A DNA stretch of 62,399 nt, filler included, from Candidatus Zhuqueibacterota bacterium (GCA_016783505.1; 3 parts of 3 records of this genome joined end to end with filler, not necessarily neighbours in it), one strand, 5' to 3'; shown: positions 49,104 to 58,592, numbered from the whole stretch's first letter. The notes: a model not told the origin generated them from the sequence alone. A program made the numbers and translations.

Positions 49104-50987
49104 TTGATGATAAAAAAATATGTGCTGATCTTTCTTCTTTTGTCTATTCCATTAAGCCTTGGGGCTCAGGAGCTGCAATTTACCGCCCGGGTCAATCCCC
49201 AGGCCCTGGCGGAAGACCAGATCCTGGAGGTGATCTTTGAACTGTCCGGAAGTGGAATTTCGTCGCTGCCGCGGCCCAGGCTTCCTGACTTCCCTGACTT
49301 TATCATCATTTCTGGCCCCAATCAGTCAACCAGTTATGAATTCATCAACGGGAGCATGTCCCTTTCCAAGACCTACGGCTATACCCTGATGCCCAAACGG
49401 GCCGGTTCGTTCAAAATAGGGTCGGCGGAAGTTCGGTATAAAGGCAAGGATTATCGCACCGATCCTGTTCTCATTTTAGTATCTAAAGGCGGGATGGCCG
49501 CCCGGAAGGTCCGTCCTTCGGATCGGGAGAAGAAAAAAATTCAACCCGGGCTCGATATTTTTCTCAGGGCGGCGTTGGATAAGGTGAAAGCCTATCAAAA
49601 TGAGATGATAGTTTTGACATATAAGATTTATACCGGCGTGAGAATATCCAGTTATGGTGTTCAGGAATTGCCCAGGACCACCGGTTTTTGGGTTGAGGAG
49701 TTTGAATTGCCCAAGCAGCCCCCCTTGAAGGATGAGGTGGTGAACGGTCAGCACTACCGAGCCGCGGTCATCAAGAAACTAGCCCTTTTCCCCACCAGTC
49801 CCGGCAAATTAACCATTGACCCTATGGTAGTGGAGTGCGAAGTTCAGGCGCAGAGAAGACGCCGGGCCTACGATCCCTTCGACCTTGACTCTTTCTTCGA
49901 TGATTCTTTTTTATTCGGCCGCACCGTCAAAAAGGTCCTTAAATCCAATCCCCTCACCCTGGAAGTAATCCCATTGCCCCCAGAAAATCAGCCGCCGGGA
50001 TTTGGCGGGACGGTGGGGGAGTTTAATCTATCGGTCAGGGTGGATAAAGAAAAAGTCAAAACCAATGAGGCGATCACCTTGACCGTCACCTTAGCCGGCA
50101 GGGGGAATATCAAGACCCTTCCCGAGCCCGTCCTTTCGCTCTCGCCCGATTTTGAACGGTATGAGCCCAAAATTTCCGAGGTGATCAACCGCAAAGGGTC
50201 CCAGATTTCCGGGAAAAAGACCTTTGAATATGTTTTAATCCCCCGGCACCCGGGGGAACAGGTCATTCAACCGATTTCCTTTTCCTTCTTCAACCCAGCA
50301 AAAAAACGGTATGTTACCCAGCAAAGCGGCCGGTTCATCATCCAGGTTGAAAAGGGCCCCGAAGCCCCGGGTCCGTTAGTAGCCGGTCTGACCAAGGAGG
50401 AGGTTAAACTGGTGGGACAGGACATCCGGTTCATCAAGAAGCGGGTCAAGGGTTTTAAAAAACAGGGAAGTTTTCCCTATCAGGGATTTGTCTTCACCTT
50501 TTTAATCATTTTTCCCCTGTTCGTCTTGGGGGGGACAGTATTTTACCGGAGTAGGCAGGACCGGCTGGGACAAAACGCAGCCTTAGCCCGTTTTGAAAGG
50601 GCTTATCCTACCGTTCAAAAGGCGCTGAAGCGGGTTGCCAGGTTGCAGTCTGCGGACCGGGCTAAAGAATTCTATGGGGACCTGTCCGGTGCCCTGATGG
50701 GTTATTTTGGGGATAAATTGAATAAATCAGCGGTCGGATTTTCGGTCGAAGAGCTGGAAAAAATCCTGACTGAGAAGGGGATTGATGATAATCTGGTCCA
50801 ACGGACGAAGAAGATTTTGACCCACTGCGACTACGCCCGCTTTGCCCCCGGTGAAGTTCAGCTTGAGCAACTTGAATCAGTTCTAAAAAAAAGCCAGGGA
50901 ATCATTAAATCTTTAGAAAAAACCTTGGTATTTAGCTTATTAACTAATAATCTTATAATCTTGGTGTCTTCGTGTCTTTGTGGCTGA
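49104..50987 (+). CDS. batD: BatD family protein
   Basis: Signal peptide, Ig-like domains, FGGTVGEF, GNIK, a TM helix and CDYARFAP. The C-terminal tail runs into a repeat. Confidence 0.88.
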   Translation: MMIKKYVLIFLLLSIPLSLGAQELQFTARVNPQALAEDQILEVIFELSGSGISSLPRPRLPDFPDFIIISGPNQSTSYEFINGSMSLSKTYGYTLMPKRAGSFKIGSAEVRYKGKDYRTDPVLILVSKGGMAARKVRPSDREKKKIQPGLDIFLRAALDKVKAYQNEMIVLTYKIYTGVRISSYGVQELPRTTGFWVEEFELPKQPPLKDEVVNGQHYRAAVIKKLALFPTSPGKLTIDPMVVECEVQAQRRRRAYDPFDLDSFFDDSFLFGRTVKKVLKSNPLTLEVIPLPPENQPPGFGGTVGEFNLSVRVDKEKVKTNEAITLTVTLAGRGNIKTLPEPVLSLSPDFERYEPKISEVINRKGSQISGKKTFEYVLIPRHPGEQVIQPISFSFFNPAKKRYVTQQSGRFIIQVEKGPEAPGPLVAGLTKEEVKLVGQDIRFIKKRVKGFKKQGSFPYQGFVFTFLIIFPLFVLGGTVFYRSRQDRLGQNAALARFERAYPTVQKALKRVARLQSADRAKEFYGDLSGALMGYFGDKLNKSAVGFSVEELEKILTEKGIDDNLVQRTKKILTHCDYARFAPGEVQLEQLESVLKKSQGIIKSLEKTLVFSLLTNNLIILVSSCLCG

Positions 50988-51766
50988 ACCGTTACAGTTT
51001 TTTTTACGTATCAACGATTATTCTTTTGGGACCGATCTGTTGGATGGGAGGACATCGTGCCTTTGGGGATCCATTCGCTAGCCTGTTCGAAGAGGGAAAC
51101 CACCTCTATGAAGCGGGGGAGTATGAGGAAGCCATTTCAAAATATGAATTGATATTAGAGGGAGGCTATGAAAACGGGACGCTGTACTATAATCTGGGTA
51201 ATGCCCATTATAAGCTGAATCACATCGCACCGGCCATCTTTTACTATGAGAAGGCAGCCCGGCTGATGCCCAGGGAGCCCGACGTGAAGATTAATCTGAA
51301 GTTGGCTAATTTGAGGGTCATTGACAAAATTACCCCGAGGCCGCGGCTGGTGATCTGGGATTGGTTCGACTCCTTTCGGGGGCTGTTTTCCTTGGGTCTG
51401 CTGACCGGGCTGGTACTGGGTTTATATCTAATTCTGATAATTGGGCTCATAGTCTACGTCTGGTTTCGGAAGGTAAGGTTAAGAAGGATGATCCTCTATG
51501 GAATGGGACCGACCGCTTTTTTGCTTCTACTCTTTTTGGGCCTGTTCCTCCTTCGGATTCATGAAATTAAAAAGCTACGGGAGGGGATTATTTTTTCGCC
51601 AATGGTTGAGGTGCGTAGCGCCCCGGGTGAGGGAGAAACAGAACTTTTCCTCCTCCATGAGGGGGTAAAGGCCAAGATTAGAAATAGGGTGGGGGATTGG
51701 GTTGAGATTGAACTGGCGGACGGCAAGGTGGGATGGGTGGGCTGTGAATCCCTGCGGGAGATTTAG
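50972..51766 (+). CDS. batE: BatE, TPR plus TM plus SH3 protein
   Basis: YYNLGNAHYKL, LHEG and DGKVGWV. Start uncertain. Confidence 0.85.
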   Translation: MSLWLNRYSFFYVSTIILLGPICWMGGHRAFGDPFASLFEEGNHLYEAGEYEEAISKYELILEGGYENGTLYYNLGNAHYKLNHIAPAIFYYEKAARLMPREPDVKINLKLANLRVIDKITPRPRLVIWDWFDSFRGLFSLGLLTGLVLGLYLILIIGLIVYVWFRKVRLRRMILYGMGPTAFLLLLFLGLFLLRIHEIKKLREGIIFSPMVEVRSAPGEGETELFLLHEGVKAKIRNRVGDWVEIELADGKVGWVGCESLREI

Positions 51767-51773
51767 GTCGGCC

Positions 51774-51920
51774 TTAAATCCATTTTTGCATTAATTCATT
51801 AATACATCGACCCCTTTTTAAGAGGGCCTTTTTTTCTTCGAGTTCCTCCCGTGTGGCCTGTGTATAGATCCCTGTAGAGGCAAGAGAGGCGTGCCCTAAA
51901 AGTTTTTGAATAAGATGCGA
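51774..51920 (-). pseudogene. Tyrosine recombinase C-terminal remnant 1
   Basis: LIQKLLGHASLASTGIYT (box II, LGH...Y); the upstream part is not homologous. Confidence 0.7.
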
Positions 51921-52053
51921 TAAATGTTGCTGTTTGGGCATGCGATTAAATATATTAAAGAAATTGCCCATAATAATAAATGTTAAAAAAAGCTTGACTT
52001 TTTCCGAATGAAAGTTTAAATTATAGAAAACTATTTTGAGGTAGAGTATACAG

Positions 52054-52920
52054 ATGAGTTTAGTAATTTCCATGATAGTCCCTGACGGGATAGTAGTAGC
52101 TACGGATAGCCTTTCTCTATCACAAAATATTCTTGAGTTTGTTGCTCAGAATGTTGAAACGGAATGTCCTCATTGTAGGAAGAAGATCGGAGCACAGGAA
52201 CTTAGATTGCCTCCTATTCCTATTCCGTTTTCAGCATCGTCTTACACCCAGAAACTCTTTTCCTTAAAAAATAAATTTGCCCTGGGTTCCTTTGGTCTAG
52301 GCATTTTAAACAACCAGAGCATACATTATCATGTTAGGCAGTTTGAACGCATATATAATAAGTCTGAGGATTTGTTATCAATCAGGAATGCATTTATCAA
52401 ATATATAGAGAAAGAGTTGCTTGTCCAATTTCCTGAATACAGGGAAAAGGCACCCGAAGATTGGCATCCAATTGGGTTTCATCTAAATGGGTACGAAAGA
52501 TCAGATGGAAAACCAGCTGCGAAGCTGACCGGAGTAACCCATGAAGTTTATATTGGACGCAAGAATATTGTTCGTAAAAGGGATAATATAGGCTGCACGA
52601 TTGGCGGTGATATGAGAGTTGTCCGAAAATTGTGGGAAATTGGAAAAGAGGATCCAAGACTAAAATTTAAATATAGATTGTTCTCGCTTCAAGATGCAAT
52701 AGATTTGAGTGAATCTTTAATCGGTATCACAAGCACTATTCAAAGATTTGCTAACGAGGTTCCATCGGTGGGCGGAGAAATAGATATCGCACTCGTAACT
52801 CCGTTTAATGATTTTCAGTGGATAAAGCGAAAGAAACTTATGGAAATACTGGAGGAACTAAAAGGTTTTCAGTCGATGAAGCAAAAGAATTTTTTAGAAA
52901 CAGGGAAGGAATCAAAATGA
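52054..52920 (+). CDS. Ntn-hydrolase / proteasome beta-subunit-like protein
   Basis: N-terminal (M)SLVISMIVPDGIVVATDS and C-terminal SVGGEIDIALVT..FQWIKRK, with a CPHC insertion. Confidence 0.6.
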   Translation: MSLVISMIVPDGIVVATDSLSLSQNILEFVAQNVETECPHCRKKIGAQELRLPPIPIPFSASSYTQKLFSLKNKFALGSFGLGILNNQSIHYHVRQFERIYNKSEDLLSIRNAFIKYIEKELLVQFPEYREKAPEDWHPIGFHLNGYERSDGKPAAKLTGVTHEVYIGRKNIVRKRDNIGCTIGGDMRVVRKLWEIGKEDPRLKFKYRLFSLQDAIDLSESLIGITSTIQRFANEVPSVGGEIDIALVTPFNDFQWIKRKKLMEILEELKGFQSMKQKNFLETGKESK

Positions 52921-53114
52921 ATACAAGAATGTATACCGAAGAAGAAGTAGCTTCTGGTTACCCACCAGTTATTGTTTTAGTTAATCCCGACCCGGGAACC
53001 TATTATCCAGGAGTAGATTGTAGAACCGACACCAATGACACAACTCCTGAAATCATTTTCGACGATATTATGCGAAAATATCATAGTGCATGGGAAAAAC
53101 TGGCCAAATTGTAA
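52917..53114 (+). CDS. Putative antitoxin for Doc
   Basis: C-terminal IMRKYHSAWEKLAK resembles Doc-neutralising helices. ATGA overlap upstream and overlap with doc downstream. Confidence 0.55.
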   Translation: MNTRMYTEEEVASGYPPVIVLVNPDPGTYYPGVDCRTDTNDTTPEIIFDDIMRKYHSAWEKLAKL

Positions 53115-53506
53115 AATATTTGAGTTTTCAGGAAATTGTAGAAAGGAATCGAAGAATTGTTCTAGAAACTGGTGGCTTCGTAGAAGGTGCCGGTAAATTG
53201 AGCAATCCCAACAGCCTTGAGTATCTTGTTAATATAGTACAGGAGAAAATTAACGATAAAGAACTTTATCCCTCCTTGGTCGAGAAAGCAGCGGTATATG
53301 TATTTAATATAATTACAAGACATATTTTTATCGATGGCAATAAACGCACAGGGATGATTTGTGCATTTTGGTTCTTACGACTTAATGGATGTATCGTTTC
53401 TGAATCGATTTCTGAAAACGAGATTGTCAAAATTGCGCTTGATATTGCTAATAGAACAATAGATCTTCCCGAAATAATTATTTGGCTTCAAGAAAGGTTG
53501 GAATAA
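53090..53506 (+). CDS. doc: Fic/Doc family toxin
   Basis: HIFIDGNKRTG motif. Confidence 0.88.
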   Translation: MGKTGQIVKYLSFQEIVERNRRIVLETGGFVEGAGKLSNPNSLEYLVNIVQEKINDKELYPSLVEKAAVYVFNIITRHIFIDGNKRTGMICAFWFLRLNGCIVSESISENEIVKIALDIANRTIDLPEIIIWLQERLE

Positions 53507-53522
53507 AAATACTTAATGAATC

Positions 53523-53549
53523 AAACCCCCGCTTTGGCGGGGTTTTTTG
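53523..53549 (+). terminator. Intrinsic terminator
   Basis: CCCCGC-TTTG-GCGGGG followed by a T tract. Confidence 0.7.
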
Positions 53550-53626
53550 TTTAACAGTCAATATTATCTAAAAAAACCTTGACACTAAAACCTTAATTTT
53601 GTATCTTATAAACAATTCATTTAGAG

Positions 53627-53692
53627 GCAAGAACGACTGAAATTTACACCCACGTGGGCCGTAAGCAGATTCGCATATCGCCAGAACAATAA
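53627..53692 (+). pseudogene. Tyrosine recombinase (IntI/XerD-like) C-terminal remnant 2
   Basis: ARTTEIYTHVGRKQIRISPEQ* carries the TTxIYTHV...SP motif. Confidence 0.6.
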
Positions 53693-53873
53693 CCGCACTT
53701 TTTCATAATTCAGTGAGAAAAGGTGCGTCTACTTGCTAGTAAAATGAAATCGATTAATAACATAAAGAAATAATATCAAATTACTTAAGATATGGAGTAT
53801 ATCTAAAAGGTTCCGAAACTTTGGAGACGGCCAGTAGCTTATTATAATATATATAAGAATTGGAGATTAACTA

Positions 53874-54215
53874 ATGGTGTCTTCGAACAGTAAGGATGCT
53901 AATTTGGGTAATAGTAAAGAAGGCGAAAGAATAAGTACAAGCAAAGTTGCATACAGTGACCCACAAATGGTCGAAATATCTTTATATGAAATAAAAAATT
54001 TCTTAATAACTGAGACCATCGCGAAGGTAATAATACTTGTTGGTTCTCTTTTTATTGGAGGCATCTTATCTGCGGTTTTTTCGAAGATTCCTGTCCATCG
54101 AATTATAATTATAGCTTCCTGTGCAATATTATTTTTCGGAATTATCCTTGATGTATATTTGATAAAAACTAAACTTAGTGAATTGGAACGAAAAGGGGCT
54201 AGAAAATGGAAATAA
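53874..54215 (+). CDS. Two-TM membrane protein
   Basis: Two C-terminal hydrophobic helices; overlaps the next gene. Confidence 0.55.
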   Translation: MVSSNSKDANLGNSKEGERISTSKVAYSDPQMVEISLYEIKNFLITETIAKVIILVGSLFIGGILSAVFSKIPVHRIIIIASCAILFFGIILDVYLIKTKLSELERKGARKWK

Positions 54216-55774
54216 CGGGGACGTTAGCAGTACTCATTGGCGCTATTCTTGGTTTCATAATTTCAATTTTTGTGCTTCGTTATTTTGAGAAGAATAGAAA
54301 GCAAAAAACCATAATTGATAATTTAATTAATGAAGGTATGGATTATTATTCTTCATCATTGGAAGTTCTAGATAAAGAGGAAAATCTCAACAAAGCAATC
54401 CAAACCTATGAAGAGGCTTTAAAAATCAGAACTATTGAGAAATACCCTCTTGACTATGCGATGACACAAAATAATCTTGGAAATGCCTGCGCTACTCTTT
54501 CAGAGGTTCGTAATAAAGAGAAGAACCTGCTCAAAGCAATCCGAGCTTATGAAGAGGCTCTGAAAATATACACTGTTGAGAAATACTCTGTTGATTATGC
54601 AATGACACAGAATAATCTTGGAAATGCCTACAGGGCTCTTTCAGTAGTTCGAGATAAGGGGGAGAACTTAGCCAAAGCAATCCGAGCATTTGAAGAGGCT
54701 TTAAAAATCAGAACTGTTGAGAAATACCCTCTTGACTATGCGATGACACAAAATAATCTTGGAACTGCCTACGGCACTTTTTCAGAGGTTCGAGATAAGG
54801 AAGGGAACTTAACCAAAGCAATCCGAACATTTGAAGAAGCCCTGAAAATATACACTGTTGAGAAATACCCTGTTGATTATGCAATGATACAGAATAATCT
54901 TGGAAATGCATATAGGACTCTAGCAGAAGTACGAGACAAGGCGAAGATCATGACCAAAGCAATCCGAGCCTATGAAGAGGCTTTGAAAATATACACTATC
55001 GAGAGATACCCTCTTGACTATGCGATGACACAAAATAACCTTGGAAATGCCTATGGTACTCTTTCAGAGGTCTTAGATAAAGAGGGAAACCTGATCAAAT
55101 CAATACGAGCTTACAAAGAAGCTTTAAATATTAAAACTGTTGAGAAATATCCTGTCGACTATGCAATGATACAAAATAACCTTGGGATTGCCTACGGCGC
55201 TCTTTCGGGGATTCGAGACAAGGAGGAGAACTTGGCCAAAGCAATCCGAGCATTTGAAGAGGCTCTGAAAATATGTACTATTGAGAGATACCCTGTTTAC
55301 TATGCGATGACCCAGAATAATCTTGGAAATGCCTACAGGATTTTTTTAGAGGTTCGAGATAAGGAGGAGAACTTGACCAAAGCAATCCGAGCATTTAAAG
55401 AGGCTTTAAAAATCAGAACTATTGAGAAATACCCTCTTGACTATGCGATGACCCAGAATAATCTTGGAAATGCCTACAGGATTTTTTCAGAGGTTCGAGA
55501 TAAGGAGGGGAACTTGGCCAAAGCAATCCATGCATTTAAAGAGGCTTTAAAAATCAGAACTATTGAGAAATACCCTCTTGACTATGCGATGACACAGACT
55601 AATCTTGGAAGTGCTTATAGTACTTTTTCAGAGATTAGCGATAAGGTGGAGAACCTCACCAAGGCAATCCGAGCATTTGAAGAGGCTCTAAAAATATACT
55701 CTATTGATAAATATCCCCAATATTATAAAATAATATTGTCCAATCTGGAGAGATCAAAACAGAGTATGGGTTAA
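54206..55774 (+). CDS. Membrane-anchored TPR protein with nine 47-aa tandem repeats
   Basis: N-terminal TM helix and repeat YAMTQNNLGNAY...AIRAFEEALKI.T.EKYP.D with a 141-bp DNA period. Confidence 0.9.
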   Translation: MEITGTLAVLIGAILGFIISIFVLRYFEKNRKQKTIIDNLINEGMDYYSSSLEVLDKEENLNKAIQTYEEALKIRTIEKYPLDYAMTQNNLGNACATLSEVRNKEKNLLKAIRAYEEALKIYTVEKYSVDYAMTQNNLGNAYRALSVVRDKGENLAKAIRAFEEALKIRTVEKYPLDYAMTQNNLGTAYGTFSEVRDKEGNLTKAIRTFEEALKIYTVEKYPVDYAMIQNNLGNAYRTLAEVRDKAKIMTKAIRAYEEALKIYTIERYPLDYAMTQNNLGNAYGTLSEVLDKEGNLIKSIRAYKEALNIKTVEKYPVDYAMIQNNLGIAYGALSGIRDKEENLAKAIRAFEEALKICTIERYPVYYAMTQNNLGNAYRIFLEVRDKEENLTKAIRAFKEALKIRTIEKYPLDYAMTQNNLGNAYRIFSEVRDKEGNLAKAIHAFKEALKIRTIEKYPLDYAMTQTNLGSAYSTFSEISDKVENLTKAIRAFEEALKIYSIDKYPQYYKIILSNLERSKQSMG

Positions 55775-55983
55775 CGAATTTTGTGTACTCTGTTTTCGCT
55801 TCCAGTGGATGTTCTAATCCGCCGGAATTCCTAGGGTGTCGATATAATAGTCGAGGATGAAAACATCCTTGACGAACAGGGTAAAAATATTTACTATTAC
55901 GGCCTCCGGCAATTATGTCAGGGGCTTTTTTTATCATAAAATCACCTTGCATTTTTAGTTAAAATTTAGTAATTTTACTATTG

Positions 55984-56733
55984 ATGAAAAAACATCTCAA
56001 AATACGTCTTTCCGGGGTGGTGCAGGGGGTGGGCTTCCGACCCTTCGTGTATAATCTTGCCCACCGGTATCATCTCCCCGGCTTCGTATTCAACGACGAC
56101 CACGGGGTGCAGGTTGAGGTGGAGGGGGAGGTTAATACCTTAGATCAATTTTTCAGGGTCCTGATTGAAGAACCCCCGCCGCAGTCCAAGATTGAAAGGG
56201 TAGAAAAGAATTATCTGCCCTTAGCCTATTTCAAAGAATTCCGCATTGAGGACAGCCGCACTCAGGGGATAAAGTTCGTCCAGATATCCCGGGATCTGGC
56301 TACCTGCGATGACTGCCTGAAGGAACTGTTTGACCCCAACGACCGCCGCTACCGCTATCCCTTCATCAATTGCACCAACTGTGGGCCCCGCTTTACCATC
56401 GTTAAAGACATTCCTTATGACCGTCCGCTCACCACCATGACCCCCTTTAAAATGTGCCCAGAATGTCAGGCCGAATACGATGACCCGGGGAACCGGCGCT
56501 TCCACGCCCAGCCCAACGCCTGTCCGGTCTGTGGTCCTAAGCTTGAACTGCTGATTGCGGAATGCGGAATGCGCCCAGACGGGCGGGCGTCTGCCCGGAT
56601 TCCGGATTCCGGGGGGGATGTTATCTCGGCGGCCTGTGAATTGCTGAAGCAGGGGAGAATCCTCGCCGTCAAGGGGTTGGGGGGTTTTCATCTGGCCTGT
56701 GATGCATTGAACGAAGATGCGGTTCAGAGGTTG
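55984..56733 (+). CDS. hypF: Carbamoyltransferase HypF, N-terminal part (truncated by gap)
   Basis: GVVQGVGFRP, CDDC...CTNCGPR, CPEC...CPVCGP and KGLGGFHL. Confidence 0.95.
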
Positions 56734-56833
56734 NNNNNNNNNNNNNNNNNNNNNNNNNNNNNNNNNNNNNNNNNNNNTTAATTAATTAANNNNNNNNNNN
56801 NNNNNNNNNNNNNNNNNNNNNNNNNNNNNNNNN
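56734..56833. other. Assembly gap with artificial linker
   Basis: N-run containing TTAATTAATTAA. Confidence 0.95.
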
Positions 56834-56835
56834 TG

Positions 56836-57627
56836 GTTCGTTCCACCCAGGGCATTCTGGAGAACAGCCTTCGGGCCCTGTATGAGGAGGAAGACATTCC
56901 GCTTGCTGAGATAGCCGCCGCCTCAGACTTAAAACTATTGGAAGGGTTGATCAAGGCCGATCCGGAAAACGCGGATTTGCTTGTGTTGGCCGCCCAGGGG
57001 TTCACCGGTTATGCCCTGGCGTTTGTGGAAGATTCTGATCCTGAACGGGCGAAGAGGTTCTATCACCGGGGCCGGGACTACGGATTGCGGGCGCTACAGC
57101 TTCGTGGGCATTTTTCCACGGGGACCGAGCAGGGGATAGAGGGCTTTCAAAAATCCGTTCAGGCATTGACCGATAAGGATTTACCCGCCCTGTTCTGGGC
57201 CGCCAACGGCTGGGCGGGCTGGATCTTCCTCAATCTCCAGTCGCCCCGGGCCCTGGCCGATCTTCCCAGGGTGGAAATCATGATGCGGAAGGTGCTCGAG
57301 CTGGATGAGACATATTATTACGGCGGTGGACATCTGTTTTTTGGCACCTACTACGCTGGCAGGCCCCGCATGTTAGGGGGCGACCCCGAGAAGGCTCAGT
57401 TCCACTTTGAAAAAAATCTTGAGATCAGCGGGGGAAGGTTTTTGATGAGCTATGTATATTACGCCAGATTCTATGCGGTGCAAATCCAGGATCGGAGTCT
57501 TTTTGAACGTCTGTTGAATACCGTGCTCGATACCCCCGGGGATGTCCTGCCGGAGCAGCGGTTGGTGAACGAAGTAGCCAAGATCAAGGCTAAAAATCTA
57601 ATACAAAATATCAATGAATATTTTTAA
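56836..57627 (+). CDS. tatT: TRAP transporter T component (TatT), 5'-truncated by gap
   Basis: The frame is open from the gap (VRSTQGILEN...). Contains LDETYYYGG, GGDPEKAQFHFE and N..AK.KA, and lies upstream of dctPQM. Confidence 0.8.
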   Translation, partial: VRSTQGILENSLRALYEEEDIPLAEIAAASDLKLLEGLIKADPENADLLVLAAQGFTGYALAFVEDSDPERAKRFYHRGRDYGLRALQLRGHFSTGTEQGIEGFQKSVQALTDKDLPALFWAANGWAGWIFLNLQSPRALADLPRVEIMMRKVLELDETYYYGGGHLFFGTYYAGRPRMLGGDPEKAQFHFEKNLEISGGRFLMSYVYYARFYAVQIQDRSLFERLLNTVLDTPGDVLPEQRLVNEVAKIKAKNLIQNINEYF

Positions 57628-58501
57628 AAGGCCTTATTTAGAAGAATACATTGTAACCGGTGAGCCCCCGAGACAGAAATACACCATCCACATCGTTCTG
57701 TTTCTAATCACCGTGTTAACAACCTTAATGGCCGGGGCGATTTATGAAGGGGTTAATCCTATTACTCACATCTATCGGGGAATTCCTTTCTCATTCACGT
57801 TGTTGTTAATTTTGGGCATCCACGAGATGGGGCACTACCTGACGGCCCGCCGGTTCGGCATGCTGGTAACCCTGCCCTATTTTATTCCGGCGCCCACAAT
57901 TTTGGGCACGATTGGGGCCATCATCCGGATGAAATCCCCTATGTGGAACCGAAAGGTTCTGGTTTACGTGGGGGCGGCTGGTCCTATCGTCGGCTTCCTC
58001 ATTGCCCTACCGGTGACCATCTATGGGTTTGTCACTTCGCCCATACGCGAAATGGTCCCCGGTCAGGGGGGTATTCTGTTGGGGGACTCCATTCTCCTCA
58101 AGATTATATCGGCTGGAGTGATTGGCGAGCTCCCCGAGGGGCACGACGTGTTTTTAAATTCGGTGGCCTGGGCTGGCTGGATTGGACTTTTTGTCACCTC
58201 CTTTAACCTGTTTCCCTTTGGCCAACTGGATGGGGGACACATTGTTTACGCCCTGTTCGGTGAACGGGTTCATTGGTTGTTAAGTCGCTATGTCTTTATC
58301 GGGCTATTGCTTTTGGGCATTCTTTGGATTGGTTGGTGGTTCATCGCTATTTTTTTATTTTTCTTAGGATTCCGCCATCCCCGCCCAGTGGACGACCTAA
58401 CCCCGTTGGAATACAGGGAACGGCTCATAGGCTGGTTCGCCTTAGCCATGTTTATACTCTGTTTTATCCCGGTGCCGTTTTCCAGCCTTATTCCTCAATA
58501 A
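57614..58501 (+). CDS. Site-2 protease (M50)
   Basis: Motifs HEMGH, GAAGP and NLFPFGQLDGG. Confidence 0.9.
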   Translation: MNIFKRPYLEEYIVTGEPPRQKYTIHIVLFLITVLTTLMAGAIYEGVNPITHIYRGIPFSFTLLLILGIHEMGHYLTARRFGMLVTLPYFIPAPTILGTIGAIIRMKSPMWNRKVLVYVGAAGPIVGFLIALPVTIYGFVTSPIREMVPGQGGILLGDSILLKIISAGVIGELPEGHDVFLNSVAWAGWIGLFVTSFNLFPFGQLDGGHIVYALFGERVHWLLSRYVFIGLLLLGILWIGWWFIAIFLFFLGFRHPRPVDDLTPLEYRERLIGWFALAMFILCFIPVPFSSLIPQ

Positions 58502-58592
58502 CTAACAGGATTTCTTATTGCAGGATACATCAATAAGGGGTGCGCTTATTACAGGATTCGGCCATATCCTGCAATAAGAGTGTTTGTTATTG
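58496..58592. repeat. Long inverted repeat
   Basis: TCTTATTGCAGGATA / TATCCTGCAATAAGA with outer CAATAAC/GTTATTG. Confidence 0.6.

Noticed and set aside
51921-52073. N-terminal part of the 99-aa minus-strand ORF as a real protein
   Set aside because: AT-rich promoter region of the downstream operon; only the recombinase tail has homology.
54400-55720. Regular 141-bp repeats as a possible CRISPR array
   Set aside because: They are in-frame coding TPR repeats with no unique spacers, and no cas genes are present.
58496-58592. Inverted repeat as an attC site
   Set aside because: The ends do not match RYYYAAC/GTTRRRY and the flanking genes are operonic.
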